From the NCBI GenBank assembly GCA_944381205.1, contig CALWKG010000003.1:27573-91572 (forward strand): a stretch of DNA of 64,000 nt. The letters run 5' to 3'. The stretch is from an uncultured Clostridia bacterium. Lineage in GTDB: Bacteria > Bacillota > Clostridia > Christensenellales > UBA1242. Under the pieces are notes generated by a model, which saw nothing but the letters and a program-made list of their open reading frames with translations, did not search any database and was not told the origin of the DNA. This document shows, one piece after another, positions 49,001 through 61,000 of this stretch; position 1 is the stretch's first letter; each line of letters opens with the position of its first letter. Both the position numbers and the translations under genes were made by a program.

Positions 49001-52000
49001 TAGCGCAAATTTGCAGGTCTTTGACGGCGACATTTACAATAGCGAGTTGCTGTACATACCAGTAGTGGTGCTAGAAGATAAATTTGCAGTCGTTCAAAAT
49101 GGCGGTCTTTTTACAATAAGCATTAACAAAACCTACGAAAATATGTTCAGGCTAGACTTTGGATTAAATCACAAGTTTGGCGGTTACGGGGCGGTGGTTA
49201 TTATTCCGCAAGACAAGATAAACACTTTAAGCGATTATACCACTTGGAACAGTTACACCTACACACAAGTGACCGTTAACGAAGATAGTTTTGTTCAAGG
49301 GCTATATTACATTATGCAGGGGGAAGAATATTTCCTTGCTAGCGAATATTTCGAAACCCAAACCTACTACATAAAGGGCATTGATTTATCCCAAGTGCTG
49401 TCTATTTGGCAGGGGGCTTTGGTGCTAAACATAAGTGTTTCCGACGGGGAAGGGATACCTTACCACATCTCTACCTATGAAGAACTAGTCGAGATAGGTA
49501 GCAGTGCGGAGTCGGCTTCCAAAAACTACGTCCTAACGCGTGATATAGAAATTCCAAGCAGTTACAGGTGGCAAGCCATACAAAATTACTACGTGGCAAA
49601 TGTTACTAGTCAGGAAGAATTTTTGCTAGACACATATTACATTAAAGACGGCGAAGACTACGTTATTAGTGAAGAGTACGACGAAGATGCCACTTACTAC
49701 GGGCTGGGCTTTAACGGTAATTTGACCGGCAAGTACGAGATTGTCGATTACAGGACAGGGCAAACCATAACCGAATACTACTCCATTACAAACGTAAGGT
49801 ACGAAGGCGGGTATAATTCTTCCCTAATGGGAATATTCACAAAACTTGGTGTAGACGGGGTCATAAGCGATTTAAAGGTTGAATATAGTTATTTCCAACC
49901 TAGCACTACCACTGCTGGTTACTACGGCGGTATCGTTGGAGAAAACAGGGGAAATATCCAAAACGCAAGTGTTAGGTTTAGCGATTACAGGCTAACCATA
50001 ACCAAGCCAAACGACAACGAATTTAAGGTCGTTGTGGGCGGAATTGCAGGGGTAAACTACGGAACCATTGAAAACAGCAGGCTACTAGACGAGTCTTCCT
50101 TGCAGGGTAACCTAAGTGTTGTACTACTTAGCGAAGATATCGACGCGCTTGTTGGTGGCTTTGCGGGCGAAAACTACGGGGTAATTAGCGGTTCGTATGA
50201 TACAGACAAGCAAATTGAGTATACTTTTAACGACATTGGCTTTGACTCTGTTTTGGGGATTAGAGTGGACGGAAAGTCGGTTAATTCTCGAATAGGCGGG
50301 GTGGCGGGTCTAAACAGTGGCAAGATAAAAAACATTGCCTTGCAGGGCAAAATCGTGGCAAGCGGGCTTAACTACGTCGGCGGGATAGTTGGTTACAATG
50401 ATGTTTCGTCTAACAGAGAATATTCTATCGAGAGAAGTTACTTTGCGGGTACGGTTTCTGGCAATGACTTTGTTGGCGGGGTGGTTGGAAATTCTAGCAA
50501 TGGCAGTTACTACAACATTAGCGCCGAAAACTATGCCACAAGCACAAACAGTTCGCGAACCTTTGTCACGGGCAACAGGAACGTCGGCGGATTGATAGGT
50601 TATGCCAGCAACGTGCAGGTGCAGTTTAGTTTTGTAGTGAGTTACTTTGGTTGCGACAGCATAGAAAGTAAGTTTGTCGAGTCTTCAAGCAGTTACGACG
50701 TTATCGGGCAAGAAAACGTCGGCGGGCTTGCTGGGGTGTTTGTAAATTCGCAGGTTAGCGCAAGCGCCACCTATGTAAACGTGCGGGGAAATGACGCGGT
50801 TTCTAATTTTAGTGCGGTGACTAACTCGTCTAGTATTGAAGACGCGTTTGCCATAGGCTGTATATACGCGGTCAATGGGGTAAGCCACAACCCGCTTAGC
50901 ATTGCGCAAAATTCCTATTCCATCATAACGGACGTAAGGCAGGGGGTTACCTACACCAACGGCTACGAAGACGGGGTTATAAATATAACAATAGAAGACC
51001 CGTGGAAAGCAAGCGAAGTCGCGGACAACCCGCCATACCTTGTGTTTGAAGGCGAAGCGCTACTATCCACTAGCCAAATTGTAATCACGGCAAGTGTAAA
51101 GGATAACGACGCGCCTTACACTAACTACATTAAAGCCACAGACACGGCACTATTGCTGTTTTATGGCTATGACGAGTTTAATAGATATTCTAGTTCGCTA
51201 ATGAACCAAGTAAACACCATAGGCTTAAAGGACCTGATTGACCTTAAAGTAGAACTAGAAACTCACAAAACCACTAGATTTGACGTCAGGTCTAGCAATT
51301 TATCCGTGCTTACCATAAGCCAAAACGGAGATATTAGGGTAGTGGGTACGGGCAAAGCGATAATTACAATTTCTTCCAAATTAAATTCCAGTGTGTTTAA
51401 GCAAATAGAAGTAGTTGTAATAAACGGCATTACGGGTATGGAAGTGTACTCCAACCCGTCAATGACGCAAAACGCGGACGATTTAGATTTAACCCTTGTA
51501 AAATCTCAAAGTTTGGGGCTGTATTCGGAGATAGAATACACAAGGCAAATTGACAACCAAGAGTTGCAACTTTTAAGTAGCGAGCAGGTTGGGGTTAGGT
51601 TTAAGGTGTACGACGACGAGAGTTTGCAGGAACTTTTGCAGTCGCTGGTGGACGACGAAGAAGGTGTGTACTACGAGTTAAACGACATTTTGCGCATAGC
51701 GGGTAACACGTGGGCGCAAGACCCTAACGGCTTTTATTACGTGGACGTTGACTATAACTCTCAAATTTCAATAGTTCCGCAAATAGCCTTTGATTTACCT
51801 ATAACAATTTCCTACACTCCGTACATAAAGACGGTGTTTAATTCGGGCGAGATAGTGACCTTGCTAGATATGATAGGCGAGAGATTTTTTAGGGTCACCG
51901 CTCAAAACGGGGCTACCGATATCGTCTTAGAAAATAACATTTTATCCACAGTGGATATCAATCAGTTGGAGTACTTTACCTTTACCGTTACCGTGTATAC

Positions 52001-55000
52001 TGATTATGAAGAAGAAGACATCGACAGCAACATAAACACTATTACTGACCAAAACTTTGGCTTTAACCCGGGCAACAAGGTCATAAACAAGGACTCAAAC
52101 GGCAAAGTTGTCAGTGTGTCTAGAAGTTACACCGTTTGGTACAAAGACAAGGTAAACACAATAGATGAAGAAAAGGTATACAACCTTAACTTTTGGGCTG
52201 TAACTAACGCGAGCGAAAATTCGCTTAGTTTGACGATAGTCGTTCACGGGCAGGACGGGGTTAGCGATATAAGCGCTAGGATTTTCTCCGACGTGAAGGA
52301 AGACTTTCCGCAAAAGCCTAGCGACAGCAACACCATCTACAACGCAAGGACGGGGCTACTGGCATTTGAAGTGTACCCGTATTTTGCAAACTACTCTAAA
52401 CTAAGGGTAAGTTACAGTGGCAACATAAACTATGCCATAACCTTAACCCAACTGTACTACAACGCGGATAACACGGGGGATAAGTTCTCAATCTACACAA
52501 ACTCCGGTACGACTTTTGACGAAAACGGCAACCTTATTGTCTTAAAAACTAGCGGGCAGGACAGCGCGTCTATTAGCACTAACGGGATTTATTCGTATAG
52601 CAGAATGTATTTCTTTGGCATACTGGTGCCTAGCGGTGTGCCTGATAGGACTAGTTATGTGATAACTATTGACGTTTTGGATAGCAAAAACAACGTGATT
52701 TACTCCGAGCAAGTTCCGTTTAGCACTCTTGCTAGGTCTGACCTTAATTTGAGTTTTGACGCAAAGTTCTTGGGCGAAGACGGCTTGTACTACTTGCCGG
52801 CAAATACAAGGCAGGAATTGGTCGTAAATGCCAATACCGAATACGAGGCAATTTCCTTTGAAATTTCTTCACCAGACTACCAGTTAAGCGAGATAGAAAA
52901 GGAAATCTTTGAGCCTACTTTAAGCGATGGCGGGTATTATGTTTGGGTAATGGACTATAAAAACAACCTGTTTAGTACCGACCTTATCGGTAAAACTATC
53001 GAGATTGAAGCGGTGCTTGATGACGGCGAAACCGCAGACCCGGCAAGCATTAGTTTTGTAATAAGTTTATTCACAGTAACGGGGGTAAATGTCAATAACT
53101 TAAATCAGGGATATATGACACTAGAAAATTCGGTCACAACCCCATTAACTGTAAATGTAGAGGCAGTGTATGACGAGAGTTTGGTAAATAGTAGCCAAAA
53201 CTGGTACACCACTTGGTACAATAACTTTGGCGAAGACCAGACAAATTCGCTTTATCTAAACATTTTAAACGCGGGGTACAGCATAGAAGCCAACTTTGTA
53301 GACTACCTATCTCAACTGCAAGATAGCATTGCAAAGGCAAACTACAATAGTTCTAGCACTTCCACCACAAAGACGTCAGGGGTGTGGCTGTATGTGGATA
53401 GCCAAGGCACTTTGTCCGCACTAAGAAGCGGAAATATGTACAACAACAATGCCTTTGGGGTAGAAAATTACAGGGATTACATAGCGGTGTATGGGTACGA
53501 AACGGATAGAAATTCCAACCTAATACTAAATGTAAGGCTAACCTACTCGCACTACGATATGTCGACGTCCACAAGGGTAAAAGACAGTAGCGGTGTGCCT
53601 AGTGTAAGGGACTATAACTACGAGTTTGCACTGTATCAAAGCAACTTTACCTTTGAGCAGGAGTTTACGTTGACTTTTGTAGATAGGATAGGGCTTAATA
53701 ACCCAACACCTATATCTAGTGCTAGCGAGTTTTTGGACCTAGCGGAAGAAACCGAAGGCGATTTTAGATTAGTCAACGACATAGAACTGACAAATTACAC
53801 CCCAATTAATCTAAACGTGGATAGTTTTGACGGCAACAATTACACCATTTACATTACTAGTTTTAGCAATTCCGCCACCAACTTTGCGCTATTTGACACC
53901 ATTGATAGCGAAAGTATGGCATACAACGCAACGGTATACTACACCAGCAGGGTGGATTATTCTACCGAACTTGAAACCATTATCCCGCGTGCCTATCCTA
54001 TTGAAATTGAACTAAATCAAACCGGGTCGTACAACTTTGGTGGGCTAGCGATAACAAATAAAGGAATTATAACCAACTGCACGGTGACGGGCGGGGTGAC
54101 ATTTGATACCAATTTAAGTTTAAGTGTCACAAACGGCGGTCTTGTTACCCAAAACAGCACAAGCGGGTTTATTACAAACTCTAAGGTAACCCACTTTATT
54201 TTGACTTGCTATGGCACAACGGGCGGTTTTGTCGCACAAAATATGGGTAAAGTGGTCGCGTCGTACTTTGACAATAGTTCTATCACCAACCTATCCACCG
54301 CAAACACGGGCGGATTTGTGTACCAAAACAGCGGTGAAATCTACGAGTGCTACGCACAGGGGGCAAGAAGCACCACCGATAACGACATTCGCAACACCGG
54401 CGCGGGAATTTCTTCCGACGGGGGTAACGTGGGTGGCTTTGCGTACCAAAACACCAGCCTAATTAGTGACTGCTACTCCAACATACTAATTTCTACGTCA
54501 AATATGATGGCGGGCTTTGTGTACGTGGATAGCGAGTCCAGTGTGATTAGTAAGTGTTACTCTATAAGTTGTAAACGTTCGGGCGATAACGAAACAACCG
54601 CCTTCCCGTTTGTGGGACCTAGCGCGGAACACATCATTCCGCTAAGGGTAATAGTAAACGGTACCCTAAATAACTGCTACTATTTGACCACCGGTGGCTC
54701 GTGGGAAGAGTCTAATTTCTACTTGCCAGACAGCACTAACCCAAGGCTCACCCCTGCCAATAAAAAGGCAGAAGCCCTAGAAACCGACGATTTTGCCACT
54801 CACGACAGTTTTATCAATTACGACTTGTCGCTTGTGTACAACACCGATTACTATGAAGATAGGACACAATTTAACTACATAGACGGCTACACGTGGGTTA
54901 TTGTGGAAGGCAAACCACTACTTGTGTCTACCTTAACTAATACCATCAGCCAGCAGGACTATCAGGGCAAACAGAAAAATTATGACAGCGAAGAACTCGT

Positions 55001-58000
55001 CTGCTTTGACAAATCCAGCATTGGCGAACTGCACGCGGTGGAGCAGACAGAAGGGGTTATGGGCTCCAATCTCATTCGCACCAACTACTATGCTTTAAAG
55101 CAAAGCGGTGACTACCTTGATAGCGACATAATTTATTCTTCACTAAGGGATAACAACGCAAATCAAATCACCTACACCTTTAACCCTAAGGGCGAGTTTT
55201 TGGGGCTTAGCATTATTTGCAGTATTGTGGTAGACGAAAACGGCAAGGAAACTTACGTTTACGAAAGCGCCGAATACGGTGACGGAAAAATCTTGGATAT
55301 TAGGACTAACAGCGGTGACGTCTACTTTGACTCTGACGAAAATTTCAGGGCAAACGACACCATTGTGATTGAAAGGAACGAGCAAAACAACGAGATTTTG
55401 CGTATCACGTACAGGACTTTGCAGAGCGCGTCGTACTACTATTCTAGCAGTGTTTCGGGCATAAGCGACGTCTTAGGCACAAGGACTAACCCAAAGATTA
55501 TCTATAACGCAGAGTCGTTTAGATATTGGCTAACCGAAACCACCCTTAACAAAACCACCAACACCTTTTATAGGATTGTTAGCGATATTAATTTAGATAG
55601 CGAATATATCACGACGTCCAATTCCACTTTTAGCGGGGTTTTGCAGGGTAACTATATGTCAATAGAAAACTTGTCCTTGTCTTACTTTAATAATAGCGTC
55701 GAAGCCGGGCAAAACAGCACGTCCTTTGGGCTGTTCTCGTCCATTGCGACTAAAAAGGAGTCCACAAACGACACGGTCATTTCCAACCTTACCATTAACG
55801 TCGACCAAGTTTTGTCTAACGCGCATATGTTTGTCGGGGCTTTGGCGGGAATGATTAACGCGGACAGCACGTTGAGTTCTAAAAAGGTATTTTTAACAAA
55901 TATTTCCATTTTAACCCCAGAAGGAAGCAAATCTTTGGTAATGGGCAAAAACGCGGTAGGCGGGCTAGCGGGGTACGCGACGGGCAACGTGATTATTAAG
56001 GACATAACCGCCAGTGTTAGTGTCAATGCGTCATACGAAGCGCCTGATTCGGTCATTAACAGCACTCTTTACGCGGGGGCAAACACTAGCAACGTAAGTA
56101 GAATTTCCTACGCGGGCGGGGTAGTTGGGATATTTGACGTCAAAAAGGTCATTGACACCGCAACTCTTAGGAACTACAACGCAAGCAACATAATAGTAAA
56201 TGGCGAAAACACGTACGTTGGCAACATAGTAGGTAGCGCGTTTGGACTAGTTGGCGAAAACTGCATAATAAACTACGTCAACGCGAGTTTAACGCACTCC
56301 GAGATTTCGTTTATCAAAGCCACCAGTTACGCGGGCGGTTTGGTGGGCGAAAACCGCGGGACGATAATAAGTTCTTCGGCAAGCCAGTACGACGAGCAGG
56401 CAAACGAGCAGAACCACGGCATTGGCGACTCGCCTTATGACCAGTACGACCTGTTTTTCAGCGGGCTTGGGGGAGAAGTGCTTGCCATCGGCGGTTTGGT
56501 TGGGCTAAACAACGGCGGACTTGTGACAAATAGCATTTCAAAGGTAAATGTTACCAACAAAAAGGCGACCATCGCGGGCGGTGCCGTGGGTAGAATGTTA
56601 GAAGGCGCGCTAGAAAACGTAATTGCCAGCGGTGCGGTTTTAGGAAACAGGATTATGGGCGGTCTTGTCGGTAGCCTAAACGATATCGACTTAATGGCGA
56701 TAGAAGGCGAATACAACGCAGACGGTTTAATACCTTTTGATAGGCAAAAGTACATCGACTTTTACGGTAGTTTTGTCGCGGGCGAAGACACAAAGGTGAT
56801 AATCTCTAACTGCGTGGCGGGCAACAACTGGCTAGTTAAAGACTACTCCTATTACTTGTCTAGGATTAACAACGGTAACGCGCTCTTGGCTGGGTTTATC
56901 GGGGTAATATCCTACTACAATACGGTAAGTGCCATAAACGATTTGATTTTTGAAACAATCAGTTTTACAAAACCTAGTTTTTATGCCAATACCTTGTTTA
57001 CCACAGTCAATAGTCAAAACCCGGCTAGGATTTTGCAAAGCACCTATCTTTCCTACGAGTTGGACTCTGTGGAAGTAAACACCAACAGTCCAAATGTCCT
57101 AGTGGACGGTAACGGCGAGCAGGTGGTTTACCCGTATTCAACTAACGAATTCTACTACGAGTCGGCACAAAGCAAGGTAAACTACACGGTAATTAGCATT
57201 AACAACGAGTTATCCGGGGCAGGTTCGCCAAATGACGTCTATGCCAAAGAGTTTTACCAAATACGTCAGACCACCCCGTCAGAACTCATTAACTCGGAGT
57301 TTTTCTACACCCTAATTGACTATGACGAAGACGGTAATTGGGGTACTCCGTATAACCAACGCAGTTTCGACTGGTACCAAGATAGATTTGGCTACATTTA
57401 TTACCTAAACGAAAACAATTCCTACACCTTGGTAAATAGCGAGCAGGAGTTTATTGCTCTCGAAAAACTAAGCGACGGCAGTTTTAGGGAGTTTTACTAC
57501 ATACAAAGCCCGATTTTGACCGAGTTTAGTTATACGGAAGAATACCTAAGCACCGACGATAGCATATTTGTCTACGGCAACAACTTGTCTAGCAGTTCTA
57601 GGGTAAACGCGTATACGTTTGAGTCCATAGACGACTTAAAGGAGCAAACATACATCTCAATCAACGGCATACAAATACCTATTAATCTTCTCGATAGCGA
57701 AAACACCATAAGCGAAGAAATTTTCCTAGACGAACAGCACGAGCAGTTTAGCGAAGGCACCTACGAGTACAAAAACTTTAACCTTCCGCTAATAAACGGT
57801 GGGGAAATCACGTCGGTTAAAATTTACGTCAAATCCTACGTTCAGGCGGATAACATCAGGGCTTATGTCGAAAGGGTTCAGGTGGTTTACGAGTACAAAA
57901 ACGTCGGGTATAACACCCTTGATAACGAAAACGTCTTTGTGTCGCTACAATCCACTATTAACAATGCCCAAACTTTCTACGACCTAAAAATCAGTTCCAA

Positions 58001-61000
58001 AAAGGTGATATTTAGTTCGTTTAAAAACGGTTATTGGCAAATGGACGACAATTTCTTGTCCTACTCCCTAGACGACGTCAGCAGGTATCCGGTTAATTTG
58101 GAGTTTGCCGAAAAGTACGTGTGGAGCGATTTTAGGTCAACCAACGTTTCTACCACCATCTATACGGCAGAAGATTTAGCCGGCTTTGCCTATATGGTAA
58201 ACAGCGGGTATGATAGTTACGAAGGCAAGACCGTAACCCTTTCTAGCGACATTGATTTAAGCGGAAAGTATTGGCTTCCAATAGGTAGCGAAAAGTATCC
58301 ATTTAAAGGCACTTTTGACGGGCAGGGGTACAGCATTAAGTACGTGTCGGTAAACGAAAATTCGCTTAAAGATAGCAACAATTTGCCAAAGTACGCGGGG
58401 CTGTTTGGCTACACGGACGGGGCGACAATTTTCGACATAAATATCCTAGGCGGTGAAGTTTGTGGCGAGTACGCAGGCGGGCTGGTTGCCAAGGCAAACA
58501 ACACCACTATCTATAACGTTCAGTCTAGAAACAATGCCGTGGGGCAAGTTTCCGCGGGCGGAATAGTGGGCGAAATGCTTGGCGGTAGCATATACAACAC
58601 CCAAAATTATGCCAGGGTGGAAAGTAATTCCAACTCGACAAATTTAGTCTACGTGGGCGGAATAGTCGGCAATGCCACAGACACCGCTATGGGTGGAACA
58701 AGCGGGGATAGGGTCTTAACCAACACCAACTACGGTGAGATTTATGCTACAAATAACTCCACTAACTACATTTCAAACACTTTAATAGAACTATTCGTAG
58801 GCGGGATAGCAGGGCAGGTTAATAACGTGACCTTAATTGATAATTCCACCAACGAAGGCTCAATCACCGTCACCACTAATTCGGATAAAACTCACATAGG
58901 CGGGGTGGTCGGAAGTGTGGTTATCAACGATAAAACCCTAGTATTATCCAAAATTCAAAACAATGCAGATATTTTGGTAAATTATGTAAATAACTTTTCC
59001 GATGCCGACATTGGCGAAAGTGCAAACTACGACGATTACGCAGTAATGGACGTGGGCGGAGTGCTTGGGGTTAGCAACATAAACGGGACTTTTGTCAATA
59101 ACGAAGGCAACTTGACGGTCAACACCACCAGTTCTAACGACGCAAAAATTTCCGTCGGTGGCATAGTGGGTAGGATAGACGTGGACGGTGCTGGCGGGGT
59201 AGACCTACGCAATTCGTACAACATTGGGGATATAGAGTCGTTTTCTACCAACTCGTCTGTGTTTGGCATAGGCGGACTGGTGGGGACAAGCGATTTGAGT
59301 TACTACGAAAACAACAATTCGGACGAAGCAAACGAAAAGACCAAAGACAAGATAAGCATTTACGACAGTTACAACGCGGGCGACGTCTTGTCTAGCAACA
59401 ACTGTGCCACCTTTATTGGCGGAATACTCGGGTATGCCTACGGTAGCAACGTGGTGTCAAACAGGGTGTTAATTCAAAGGACATTAAACGTGGGCGGGGT
59501 TAGCATTTACAACATTATGCGTACCCAAAACGCACTCGGCGCTATCGTGGGGATAGACGAACACATTTATACCACTAACCCTATGGCAAACACCACCGTT
59601 CAGGATATAGAAGATTACATTCCGCAGGGACTATATAATTTCTACCTAAGGGGAAGTGCGTACGCGTCGGGCGAAATGTACACCGCATTTAGCCAGTACG
59701 AGCCGTCTACGTCCTATTACACCGCGGTAGACGATATTCCAACCTTTGCGGTTGCCAAAATTTCGGATAGTTTAAAAGACGAAACTAACTATCAAATAGA
59801 AGTTGTAATTTCCGACATTACCTACACCTACGATACTTGGGACTTTGATAATACTTGGGAGCAGGAGTACGACACTTGGTACCCAACCCTAAAAAACAAC
59901 CTTGTTACTGCTTTTTGGGTAGAAAAACAGCAGGAAGTTCAAAGCACAGGGGTGAGTTATTCGGTAAATTCGGCAGAAGAACTAGCCTATGTCGGCAACT
60001 TGATTAATACCGGAAAGATTGAAAGCGAAGGTATCGTCATTAACCTAAACAGTTTTATTGACCTGTCTAACAGATTTTGGACCCCTATCGGCAACGACGA
60101 CTTTCCGTTTAAAGGTACCTTTAACGGCAATAGTTACGAGATTAAAAATTTGACGGTAGAAGGCTCTGTTTTAAGCGACAACACCTACGGCGGTCTGTTC
60201 GGGGTGGTAGAAGGCGCTACAATCACCAACCTTGGCTTTAATGCCCCTGTGGTTCAAAATGTCACAAATGCGGGCAGTGTCAGTGCTTTGGCAAAAAATT
60301 CCAATATCTCGTATATCTACGTCGAAAACGGCGACAGCGAGTCCAGTGTGATAGAAGGCATATCCCTTGCAGGCGGGATTGTGGGCGAGTTGGTCGACAG
60401 CAACGACAAATCATCTAGTGACAGGCGCGGGCTGTACTTTGCCTACAACAACACCCGAGTAAGCGCCGACACAGAAATCACCGGGCTATCGTCAGTGGGT
60501 GGCTTGGTGGGCAGTTTAAGCAGTTCCATTATCGGCAACGCGTACAATGGCGAAAGCGGTATCGTGGTCGTCAGGGACGCGAGTGTCAGCACGGGTAGTA
60601 TCGTGGTGGGCGAAGCGGATATTTCTAGCCAACTCATTAACGTGTTTAACTTGTCACCGCTTATGCAAACCATAGACCTAAGCGACATCGAGATTACCGA
60701 AAAGCAACTATACACCATAACCCTTAGCGAAGACAACCGCGTACTTGTAGTTAATACAGGTTACGAGCCAACCTTTGATAACCTTGTTAGCGACGACGAC
60801 TTGGGGCAAACGGTGGACGTTTTTACCAAGGAATACAGCCTAAATAGTGTAGAACTAATTGACTACCCAACCATAAGGGGTCTTGGCAGAGAGTGGAAGA
60901 ATACCGAAAGTGACAATTTGGTTTCCTACACCATATCTAGCGACTTTGGCGAAAAGGGTAGTATAGTAGATTACATTCAGTCAATCACGGTGGATAGTTC

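Noticed and set aside
37216-57987. Plus-strand out-of-frame ORFs embedded in the giant genes (37216..37455, 50389..50595, 53827..54015, 54211..54462, 57799..57987).
   Set aside because: They are short, lack an RBS, have composition-driven sequence, and are fully nested in the long coding frame.
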